Source: an archaeon
Lineage (GTDB): Archaea > Iainarchaeota > Iainarchaeia > Iainarchaeales > 1-14-0-10-31-34
Direction: 5' to 3'
DNA length: 30,022 nucleotides
Assembly: GCA_043819075.1 (NCBI GenBank)
Contig: JBDRFE010000022.1
Location: 1 to 30,022 of the forward strand
Part shown: positions 15,301 to 25,000 of the stretch, one piece after another
Layout: each line of letters begins with the position of its first letter
Position numbering within the stretch: position 1 is the first letter of the stretch
Position numbers and translations under genes: made by a program
The notes under the pieces: model-generated
Databases searched by the model: none
What the model was told of the DNA's origin: nothing
What the model saw: the letters and a program-made list of their open reading frames with translations, nothing else

Positions 15301-18300
15301 GTATAAATTCTGTTCTGCATTAAGTCAGTTAATTTTTTGTAGTAAGCTGATCTTAATTCAACTGGGTTTCCTTCAAAAGTTAAAGTATAGCTTCCAATGT
15401 GGTTTGACTTCCAGTCAACTTTTGCTTCCAAGTCATTTAATTCTATTGGCTCTCCGTTGATTGTGCATGAGTTTTCTATTCCGAAATCAATTTTTACTTT
15501 TATTCCTTCTGTTGTTGTCTTCCATTCTTTTGCCTCTAAAGTTAAGCAATTCGGGTCGTCTACTTCTCCGCCGATTCCAACAGTAATTTTTGCAGGAAGT
15601 TCTTCTGTCCAGACAGCTGTTCCGTTTGTGAACTCCATTTCAAAGTCTAAGTCAACTGTATCTCTTTCCTGCCTTGTTTTTGCGTATTCTGTGAGGATTC
15701 CTTTTACTTCAATTTCTTTTGTTATTTCTGATGGAATAATTATGTTGCCGTAATTTGTTTCCATCCAGGCATTCATTGCTTTTTCATCCAATAAATCCCT
15801 GAAGTTTCCTGAAAACTTTAATTCACTTAATTCTATGTCAAAGTCAAGCAGATTCTTTATTTTTAATGCAATTGTGTCAGAGGGATTTGTTTTAGTGTTC
15901 AACACAATTCCTATTTTATCCGGAGTGATTTCAACTATTTTGTCGTCAACTGCAAGTTCTTGTTCTAATACCTTGAATTCCTGTTTTTCCACTCTTACAA
16001 CTAATTTTGTGTCTGCTGTCTGGCCTGGAATTTCAATTAAAGCTTTTCCTGAGTGGTCTGTAAGAACAGGCCCTGCTATTAAATCATCAAACCTGTCAAT
16101 TATTTTTATTTGTGCGTCTTCTACTTCAACATCGTTTTCTTCGTTGAATACTGTTATTTCAACTGAGTTTGTTGTGTTTGAAGGGATTTTTTCTGGGTCA
16201 ACTTCTATTCTGAAAGTTTTTGGCGCTTCAACTTCTATTTGGATTGTTTTTTCAAAAACTATTTCTTGGCTTGAAACAATTTGGATTAAAATGCTGCCTG
16301 TTTTTGTTTCCTGTGTAATGAATTCAACTGTTGCGTTAATTGTTGTGTTCGGGTCAAAGTCCCCTAAGTCAATCCACGGAGTCTCGCTTGAGTCAGCTGT
16401 CCCGCTTCTGGTTAAAGAGTCAGCATTCCTTATTCTATAGTCTAAAAAGTTAAGCATCTCATTTTCATTTTTCAACTGAATTCTTGCAGCATAATGTTTC
16501 CTGCTTTTGTCATTATTCAGTATATTAAACTGCAGTTCATATTTTTGCAGTATTTTTGTTGGGTAAGAGCCTGAAACATTTCTTATAATGTCTTCTTTTA
16601 AGTCAGTTATTGTTGCACTGAAACAGAATTCTTCTGAACACAATACATTTGTGCCTACAGTAAAAGTTTTTTCTTTTGTTGCAGCATTTAATTCGTTTGA
16701 GGAACTAACACTTACGTCTGTCGGGTCTCTTTCTGTCTGTGAACCGGTTTTTCCGTATCCTCTGAACCTTAATTTTATTTCTTCTCCAAGCAAAGCATTT
16801 TCTTTTACTTTTATTACTGTATCAATATTGTATACTCCTGCTTTTGGCACAAGCCAGGATGAATTAAACCATTTTGCGTCTCCTTGGGTGCTGCTTTTCT
16901 TTGAGTCATTTAAATTGCTTTCATCAAACAAAGTGTATTTTGTTGTGATTGTATTCGGTGCATTAATTGTTTTTATTAAAATGTTGTCGTTTTCCATGAA
17001 TAAGTCGTTTCCTGTTCTGAAATGAATTCCTGCACTTTCATAATTCCTGTTTTCCGGCACAATAAATTGTATTCTTACAGTGTATTCTTCTCCTGCTTCT
17101 AATGCAGAAAACATTGTGTCTTCAACTAATTCGTTTCCCTTGAATACTCCTGCTATTTTTATTTCAGGTGCATCCATTCTTTTTTTTGGAATTAATTCAA
17201 TTGTTTCCTGAACTTCAGTTGAACCAAACACCGGGTAGCTTACACTATAATAATTCATGAAATCAGGTTTTTCTACTTTAAAGAAAACTTTTTTGTCTGC
17301 TTTTGTCTTGAATTCAATGCTTCCGTTGGAATCAGTTTTGTCTGCCTTTAATTCTTTTAATGTTCCTTCTTCGTAAAAGGTTACTGTTGCAAATGCAACA
17401 GTGTTTTTTTCTGCATCAATTATCTGGAGTTTTACTGTCCCATCAGGAATAATCATTGTTGCAATCAATTCTATTTCATCCTGGTTTCTCCTGTCATATA
17501 ATGTTTCGTCACTCCAGCCAGAAGAAGTTCCTTTGTAGGCAAAAGCCCTGTATGTTCCGTTTTTTATTTTAGTGAATTCAGCTGAACCGTTTGTGTCAGT
17601 TATTTTTTCGCTGACTCCTGCCAGAAATATTTCGTCTTCTTCAACTGAATACAATGCAATTCTTGCATTTCTTACAGGCTTTTCTTTTGTTCCTTCAACT
17701 GAAACTGCTTTAACTTTTAATGTTCCTGCATTTGTGCCTGTAAACTTTTCTAATTCAACTGTAATTGTTGTTCCGTCAGCTGAAATTCCTGTTGCTCTTT
17801 TCACTATGTATTGTTCGTTGTCTATTACTGCATCATAAACTGCTGTCTTGTTTTTAACATAAAATTCTGCTTTTCCTTCAGAGTTTGTTGTTCTTTCCTC
17901 TAATGATTCATTTCCTGAATACAATGTTATTTTTGTGTTTGGCAGAACACTTTTAGTGTCTTTGTCTGTTGCTTTAATTGAAATATAGCCTCCTTCTGGA
18001 ACAGCTCTTTCAAGTGAAATTACTGTGCTCTGGTTTCCGCTGAAATAAATTGTCCTGCTTTTTTCATAGTATGTTCCTGTTTCATCAAAAGCAGTTATTT
18101 TGTATTGCCCGTTGTCTAATTCGAATTCTGCCTGGCCGCTGAAAGTGTAAGAGCTGTCAGTGAAACTGGGATTAGAATTGTTTTCATATATTGCATAAAC
18201 ATTTACTTTTATTCCGTCTAATGCTGTTCCATTCTGGTTTTCAACTTCAACTGTCAGAATGCTTGTCTGTACTAATGAATCAAGGTAAATTTTGTTTGTC

Positions 18301-18989
18301 GGCTCAGACAATGAAACTGAAACGCTTTCTGAATGGTTTCCTGTAACTGAAGCAGTTAATTCACCGCAGTCTGATGGCTCGATTACTTCTCCTGAACCGT
18401 TTGAAATAGTTATTCTTGACGGCGGGGTTGCTTCTGGATTGCTGCATGAAAATGATACTGTATAAGTTTTTCCTGTGATTAACTCGCTTCTGTTTGTGCT
18501 GTCATACAATTTTATTGTCCTTTTAATTCCCTGTGCTGTTGCAGCTCCTGAGCTTAAAGTAATTGTTTTTTCTCCTGCTTCAGCGAACTTGAATGAATCA
18601 GTTTTTGTTTCAAAGCCTGTTTTCTTTATTTCAAATACAACAGTTGAATTCAACGGCACCTTGATTTTATCTGTTTTGCCGAAAGCATTTGTTGTAAGGG
18701 TTGTTGTTTTTTCATTGAATGTAAGTTCTATTGTACTCTGGCTTATTGCCTGGCCTTCTTCGCTGACTATCTTAAAGCTTAAATCTTTTTCTTCGCCTAA
18801 ACCTGTTCCTGTTATTGCTAGTATGCTGAATAAAAGTATTAAAATTATTATTCCGATTAACACCATAAAAGAGGGAATGATTTTGTCTATGGGGTCGGTT
18901 ATTTTTTGTATTGGAATTACTTTATTTATTTTTTCAATTACTTCATAGTATTTGTCTTCCAGGCTCAAATAAAAATCTTTTACTGCCAT
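12384..18989 (-). CDS. Giant membrane-anchored surface protein 2 (2201 aa), paralogue of proteins 1 and 3
   Basis: Same leader (MAVKDFYLSLEDKYYEVIEKI...IIPSF-TM), same beta-sandwich repeat series and shared motifs AGIHFRTG, TGENALPKIKLEWRW, YCDATQF and YYLPFDGEIG. SD GGTGA at 18998-18994. Confidence 0.9.
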   Translation of the reverse strand: MAVKDFYLSLEDKYYEVIEKINKVIPIQKITDPIDKIIPSFMVLIGIIILILLFSILAITGTGLGEEKDLSFKIVSEEGQAISQSTIELTFNEKTTTLTTNAFGKTDKIKVPLNSTVVFEIKKTGFETKTDSFKFAEAGEKTITLSSGAATAQGIKRTIKLYDSTNRSELITGKTYTVSFSCSNPEATPPSRITISNGSGEVIEPSDCGELTASVTGNHSESVSVSLSEPTNKIYLDSLVQTSILTVEVENQNGTALDGIKVNVYAIYENNSNPSFTDSSYTFSGQAEFELDNGQYKITAFDETGTYYEKSRTIYFSGNQSTVISLERAVPEGGYISIKATDKDTKSVLPNTKITLYSGNESLEERTTNSEGKAEFYVKNKTAVYDAVIDNEQYIVKRATGISADGTTITVELEKFTGTNAGTLKVKAVSVEGTKEKPVRNARIALYSVEEDEIFLAGVSEKITDTNGSAEFTKIKNGTYRAFAYKGTSSGWSDETLYDRRNQDEIELIATMIIPDGTVKLQIIDAEKNTVAFATVTFYEEGTLKELKADKTDSNGSIEFKTKADKKVFFKVEKPDFMNYYSVSYPVFGSTEVQETIELIPKKRMDAPEIKIAGVFKGNELVEDTMFSALEAGEEYTVRIQFIVPENRNYESAGIHFRTGNDLFMENDNILIKTINAPNTITTKYTLFDESNLNDSKKSSTQGDAKWFNSSWLVPKAGVYNIDTVIKVKENALLGEEIKLRFRGYGKTGSQTERDPTDVSVSSSNELNAATKEKTFTVGTNVLCSEEFCFSATITDLKEDIIRNVSGSYPTKILQKYELQFNILNNDKSRKHYAARIQLKNENEMLNFLDYRIRNADSLTRSGTADSSETPWIDLGDFDPNTTINATVEFITQETKTGSILIQIVSSQEIVFEKTIQIEVEAPKTFRIEVDPEKIPSNTTNSVEITVFNEENDVEVEDAQIKIIDRFDDLIAGPVLTDHSGKALIEIPGQTADTKLVVRVEKQEFKVLEQELAVDDKIVEITPDKIGIVLNTKTNPSDTIALKIKNLLDFDIELSELKFSGNFRDLLDEKAMNAWMETNYGNIIIPSEITKEIEVKGILTEYAKTRQERDTVDLDFEMEFTNGTAVWTEELPAKITVGIGGEVDDPNCLTLEAKEWKTTTEGIKVKIDFGIENSCTINGEPIELNDLEAKVDWKSNHIGSYTLTFEGNPVELRSAYYKKLTDLMQNRIYTATLAFEVNGGVNGTATADISVRARNPLDGKDEFIEDKIHTEIKAVNLEDCIKFSNTELSIKRGEKANFTVSTSGCGSNVNFSFDSEKELKLSRTAITLGSEETSPEITIDSRDAFTGRYIIKAEAKGTSLATKTQIQNIFVTVYDDTCVQLSRYEFDIYDDIDNPYDGYDTAQIYNYCDEKTVNVTIDLQDLTLSMRKALLPAVIAFGVATAVHKKDDKKNPASGVPNPETTVPPTGGKVILAHDTPTGYGIIPGLDLLSNIGGLDKILKSVFGTSNPFAVFGITFAAATLYDYFTADDMQFKATANDITVDNIKLLDGIKYSTTKQEVLDTDIGLVLEGPFDCFDSIENKTIDCWDLTFVNENGITQEDEQTPIMKILKTESAEHFWETQYNSDYFNRNDSFFEKLTKGADYDFERGLKELTDKKDYINQYNRLQFNSFNPEDDVSGTQNAFGSCSIGELTGETGENALPKIKLEWRWSGIPENACDETNNSYIYCDATQFSIEVLQKIDELTQRLENSGITCTDNCSTLKLSELIQKTEETTPVSQKERLMELVGFNSFLIVDGYSTDFQKDFHDYAVNTAFFDAPTTYYNEQDQTGIGRYFKDSSLFEFDYAGAPNAPLQEPGLYKVGIDISFNDNSWNLFKGNTPNAKITISMDKLRTAKPNSPLYYLPFDGEIGINSSNGRIGYGLDYENTEGQQIRINDGSHSIKTVPMAVADPTEKLKTVYSTDFKKSNLDDRGKIMQFERTSTGTKLTYTPSVATPVILEIDRPEENPSENAYVFYSISVDGQSQNTGSEGITKWSGIEANCKDFLDRSSQDYMETPDIHGLSNEASYAQITQNKATAYGWVWKSPVRTGKFWLETLIFSPLNSQTRMNLISAGDNARIFTPSDEATITQQTGTSQFVELNGVTSLEITSLQKILDLVKSEDVCVGGIGNSSYSYFFWNPEKVDDSINSVKASLKAGENCITK

Positions 18990-18990
18990 T

Positions 18991-19000
18991 CCCTCACCTT
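18991..19000 (-). promoter_or_regulatory. Shine-Dalgarno motif for giant gene 2
   Basis: Minus strand AAGGTGAGGG-A-ATG lies in the 19-nt gap after the stop of giant gene 3, which implies co-transcription. Confidence 0.7.
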
Positions 19001-19008
19001 TTTTTCCT

Positions 19009-22000
19009 TTAATTCATTTCATTCAATAATTTTTCTTTGTTCCACTGCAGTTCAAATTTGCTTGTGCTTGGGACAAAACAAACTGTTCCTGTTTCAATCT
19101 CTTCAATCCATTTCTTTATGCTTGTATTTTTTGCTATTTCTGCCGGTACTTCAGAGTTAAAGCTTGTTGTGTCAGGCAGGTCTGTTTCACTTGCTTTTCC
19201 TTTAATGTCAAAGTTATAGCCGGTCATTTCTTCTATTCCTGTATTACAGTGTTTCTGGAAAGTGTAAGCCCAGTCCGCTGGCACAAAGCTTAATGTTTTT
19301 TGTGTTGTTTTTGCGTCTGAACTGAAAATTATTCCAAATCTTGTGTCACTGCATGTACTTCCTTGTTTTAATCCTGATTCTTTTTGCTGGCTGTCTTTAA
19401 TTGAATTCCATTCAAGCAAATAGCTTAAGTCTTTTTCTTCTTTTATTCCAATTATTTTGTTGTCTGCTGCTGCTCCTCTGATTAAGTCATAAAAGACTCC
19501 TTTTGCTCCTGCAGTTCCTGCAAGAACTGCTTTTAATCCAATTGGCTTTGACGGGCTAAAAGTCATTCTGTCGCCGCTAATGTAAAGTATTCTTCCTTCT
19601 CTTGCCTGTTCAAATGTTGTTGTTTTTTCTGTGTTGGTTAATTTTTTTAGTGCACTGTTAATTGAATTGGTTTTTAGTTCCATTCCGTTTTCTTCTGTCA
19701 GGTAAATGTTTTTTACTGTCGGGTCTGCACCGTATTCTGTTCCATATCCTGTTCTTTTTGTTTCGTCTGTTACTCCGACTTTTCCGTCAAACGGAGTGCT
19801 GAACAAATAGTTTTGCCTGAAATCTTCTGAAAGGCTTTCCTGTTTTGTTAGTGAAACTTTTGTGTTTTCGCCTTTTTTGTCCCAGTCATAGTCAAAGAAT
19901 ACTTTGTATTTTCCTGAATCAAGTCTTTCTTTGTCAAAGCTCCATTTCTCAAAGAAAGAATTTTCTCTTGTGTACTCTGTTTTAAAGTCTGTTTTGAAGT
20001 CTGCTGTAATTCCGTCTTCTTTTAAGTATGAAGTGAATTCAATGTTTTCGTTATAGAATTCTTCTAATGTTTTTCCGATTAAAGCTGTTGCCCTTGTTTT
20101 TCCTTCTTTCATTATTTTTATCCTGTTTTCTTCTGAAACAATTTCAATATTCCTTACCCCTGTCTTGAATACGATTTCCTGCTGTAATGTCCTGAGGAAT
20201 TCCAGGTCAATGAAAACTGGCCCAAGGCCTTTTATTTTGTTCATTTCGCATGAAATTGCATTCGGGTCAGAGTCAGCGCATGCTTTTAATCTGTTCCTGA
20301 ATTCCTTGTACTCATTAAAAGTTATTGCGTATTTGTCTGCGCTTCCCTCTATCCTGTCTGCCCCAATTGCCTCTAATTTTCCTTTGTTGGTTATTTTTGT
20401 CCCATCAACTTCGCCTAAAACTGCTTTCTCGTCAATTGAAGAATCAGCCTGCATTGCGGTAATTATCCTGTCAATTTCTCCTGTAATTGTTTTTGCGTTC
20501 CCTGCATTTAATCCGAATTCAAGTACATCTTTTATTGTTTTAATGTCTAAATTAACTTTTGTTCCCTCAAATTTTTTTCCTGCAATAACTGAATACCCGC
20601 TGTCAATGAAGAATATTTGTGTTGTGCCTGTAATGTCGTCTTTTATTTTTGTCTGGTCAATCAAAAACCTGAATAAATTCTTTGAATTCCTTATCTCGCA
20701 GTATCCCTGGCATAATGCTGCAAGTTCTTTTGCCTGTAATGCATCAATTTTTTCTGCTTTCTTGTTTAATTCTATTGCCAACTGTGCTGAGTCACAGTAA
20801 GTGTTTCCTGAATCACATTCATTGAATGCAATGTTATCCCAGTTCCAGTCTAATTTTATTTTATCCAAACCATATTTTTCTAATGCGGTTTTTCCTGTCA
20901 CTGCATCGGAATTGCATGCCTGGACTTCATCTGAAATTGTTTCGCCAAGCAATGAATCTATTATTGCCTGAATCTCTTCGTCTGTTATTTCTGCACAAAT
21001 TGATTTTATCTGGATTTTCAATTCCTGTATTTTTATGTTAATGTCTTTTCCTGTGTCTGATATAATGTCTTCAACTTTTTGCTCTTTTTCTGCATCTTCT
21101 TTGCATATTTTTTGTTCTGCTGTCAGTGGCTTTACGTCTTTGCATAATTCAATTGAAAAAGGAATTGTAACTGTTTTTGTTTCTAATGGATTGACTCTGG
21201 ATAATCTCATCTGCAGTGTTCCTGAAATCTTTCCCGGATTGACTGTCAGGTTTGTTTTGTCCACTGAAACTTTTATTTTATCCCCGTCTTCTATGCTGAA
21301 GTTTATCACAACCCCTGATTCATCTGTTATTTTGCTGTTAATTATTTGTGTTATTGTGTCAGTGTCTCCGCAGTATTTTCCGTTAGGGTTTTTGTTGTCT
21401 TTCTTGTAAATCACTTTTCTTGAATCAATAAACTGGCTTATGTTGTTTCTGAATAATTCGTTTGGAATACATGAATCAAACTGTAATGCTTTCTGGTCAA
21501 TGCAGTTCTGATGTGATATGCTTGGGTCTCCGAAATCAATTATTGTCTGCTCTGATAAAGCCCATAAGTCTTCTATTATTATGTCAAATGGAATAATTTG
21601 TGTCATTCCAGTCCTGTCAGAGAAAGTAACCGGAAGCCTTTCCTCTGATTCAACTGTATAATATAATCCGGTTAATTTAACCCTTAAGTTTGCTAATTCA
21701 ATTAACGGGTTTTCGCTTGAAGGAAGGCTTTTTCCTTTTAAAGTATAATAGTCAAGGTTTTTTCTCATCCTGAATTTTAGTTCCTGCATTATTTTTCCGT
21801 CATTTCCGGGCTTGTTGACTAACTGGATTAATTCAATTGATTTAATTACTCCAGAGCTCTCTAATTTTTTCTGTCCTGTGTCTTGTGGTGAAGGAAAACC
21901 ATAATTTCCTGTTCCGCTTAAGTCCCTTGGAATTGACTGCTGTGTTAATCTTATTCCTAAGTCATAGCAGGTATTCCATATTATTCCTTCAACCGGCCTC

Positions 22001-25000
22001 TGGATTAAGTCATTGAATTCAAACACTCTTTTGTTTATTGAAATGCAGTCATAGTAATTTCTTTCTAATTCTGATTCAATCAATACATTATATTTTGCAA
22101 TTTCTTTTGGCGAGTCGCTTGAATCCTTGTGTTTTGCCCTGATTGTTAAAGGATACTGGCCGATAAAAATTGTTGGTGTTACTTCAATGGTTTTGTTTCC
22201 GCCTGAAGGCAATGCTATTGTGCTGTCTGAAACGCTTATTTCGGCGCTTCCCTCTATTTCAATTTGCACTGTTGTCGGGCAGTCGTTTTGGATTTCAATT
22301 GAGCCTGTTCCTGTTGCACCATAATTCCATGTAAAATTGTTTGTAGGGCTGTATCCTGTCGGGTTAGTGTACATTGAATTATAATAATTGCTTGGATACT
22401 GCTGGCTTGTCCATCCGTCTGGGAAAACAACATTAGAGTTATTCCTTAAACTTCCGGCTGAAGCTGTTGGATCATAAGGATAGCTGTTGAATGCATAACT
22501 GCTGTTGTTTGCACTCAAAACATTTGGGTTCATTCCATAATAGTAAGTGTTTGAAGGATTATAGCCAAAATAGTTCTGCATATTGCCGTAGCCGTAATTA
22601 TAGTTGTTCATTGAAATTCTTAGCTGGTTTGTTGCAGGCCTTATTCTGATGCATTGGCTTAACCTGCTTATTTCTGTCTGAACAGTTATTTTTTGTGTTA
22701 GTTTTTCGTCTCCGCTTTCTGTCGGGTTAATTGCTTCAATGTAAATTGTTGCTGTGCCAGAGCCTAATGCAATGTCATCTGGGGTAAAGCTTATTGAAAG
22801 GTTTTCTTCTTCTCCTGAGTTAGGGTTAAATGAGTCTGCAATTATTTTGTAACTGTCGCTTAACCTTATTGTATTGCTTCCTTCAATTAAGGATGTTAAA
22901 TCAATGCTTCCGATTGCATTTTCTTTCCAGACAACTTTTGCTTTAATATCCTTTAATGAAATGTTTTCTTCGTCAACTTTGCATGAATTTACCAGAACAA
23001 GTTTAAGTTCTTTTTTCGTGTTTTCTGTTAATGCAGTCCAGGAATTCGGGCTTAAAGTAAAACAGTCAGGTGAATCAACTTCTCCTCCTAATCCTATTGT
23101 GGCTTTAACCGGGAGGCTTGCAGTCCATTGTTTTCCTGCTTCAAGGTTTTCAAATACAATAATTATTTCTCCTTCAACTGTTGTTACTTCTTTTACTTGT
23201 TTTCCTTTGTCTGTCATTCCTAAAGTCAATAAAACCTGTTCTTCGTTTCCAATCAATAATTCTTTTCCTGTGAAGTCCTGCACCTGAACTGAAATCAATC
23301 CCTTGAATGAATCAGTTGAATCAACTGCAATTACAGTCAAAGGCATTTCAGTTGTATTCTTTAATATAATATCTCTTGTCACCTTGAATTCATTTTTTAC
23401 ATTAAATGTTTCTTTTATTTCTGTCGGGGTAAAAGCAACAACATTTTTTTGTATTATTATTTCTTTTTCAACCGGATTAAAGCCGCTTTTTTCTGCTTTG
23501 ATTAAAATAACTGTTTCTGGTTCCATTGACTCAAAAGCATAAGCAAATACTCCGTCAGAATCTGTTTTCCCTGAGGCAATCAATAAATCATTTTTCCTTA
23601 TTTTTATTTCTGCTTCATTTAATTCATCGCCTTCTTCGTCTGTTATCCTTACAAGCAAATTATTTTTTATGAACGGCACAAGGTTTTTCGGGACAGTTGT
23701 TATTGCCATTGTTTTTGCCTGGCTTACTTCTGCCCTGATTGGCTTGAACAAAATTTTTTCTTTTCCTAAATTAACTGTTTCGCCGAATAAGCTGAAGTCA
23801 ATCCTGTTTGTTCCCTCGCTTTTTGTGGTGAAAACAATTTTCCCTGAAATCTTGTCTCCTTTTGAAATGCTTCCTGTCTTGAAGGTTATTTTTTTTTCTG
23901 AGCCAAGATTTTTTTGTGTTTCCTGTATTTCATAAGAGTTTAATTCAATTCCTTTTCCTTCTATTACGAGTTCACTGCCGGAAAAAGTTTTTTCGTTTAT
24001 GCTGATTATATTGAATTCCATTTCATATGAACTTGAAATTTCTGCAGGAAAGGAGTCAATAATATTTGTTGTTGTTGCATTCTGCAAATCTTTTACCCTG
24101 AAAGAAGAGCAAAAGTTTTCTGCACACAGGCTTGATGCCCCTTCGCTTAAAGGCTCGTGCCTTGTTTTTGCATACAATGCCTGTTTTGCTGTAGTGCTTT
24201 CTGATTCCTGTAATTCTTCGTCATACGGGTCTCTTTGATATCCTTGTTCCTGTATCCATGCCCTGTAAGCTAATTCCATTGGCCCGCCGTTTAATAAGTC
24301 TTTTATCTGGATTACTGCTTCTATTTCGTATGTTCCTTCTTTGATTGAATCAAGTATTATGTTAGCCCATTTAGCTGAACCAGAAGTTAAGTGCTTTGAG
24401 TCAATTCCATATCCTGTTGGCGGATTAAATGTTGTGCCTTTGACTATTTTTGCATTTGAAGCTGAAACGCTTTTAATAAACAAATCGTCTTTTTCCATTG
24501 TATTGTTCTGGTTTTTTGTGTCTGCTCCGGTCCTTATATGGATTCCTGCGTTATTTGAGGCAGTTCCTTTTGGAACCATTAACTTGAATTTTGCCTTATA
24601 TGTTTTTCCTGTTGTAACGCTTGAATTTTCAACTTCCCTTCCGTCAAGACTTAATTCCTCTAATTTTATTCCAAAAGAGCTGATTGAGTCTTCTAATGAA
24701 ATTGTTTTTTCTTCTGTTCCGTCAAACATCTGGATTGGAGCAGTAGTGTATTTTGAGTGAGAGCTCTCGCTTACCTCTAAATAAACTTTTTTGTCTGCTC
24801 TAATATTAAAGCTTTTTCTTCCTTCAATGTCAGTTGAGTCAGCTGAAATTTCTTTTCCAGTAAAAAAATCTATTACTTTTATTGTTGCTGACTGGATTGG
24901 CTGTTTTTCTTTGTCTACAACCAGTACATCTAATGTTCCCTGGCCAATATTCAGCCTGATTTCAATTTTCTGGGGTTCTTTTTCTTTTACTTCAATTATT

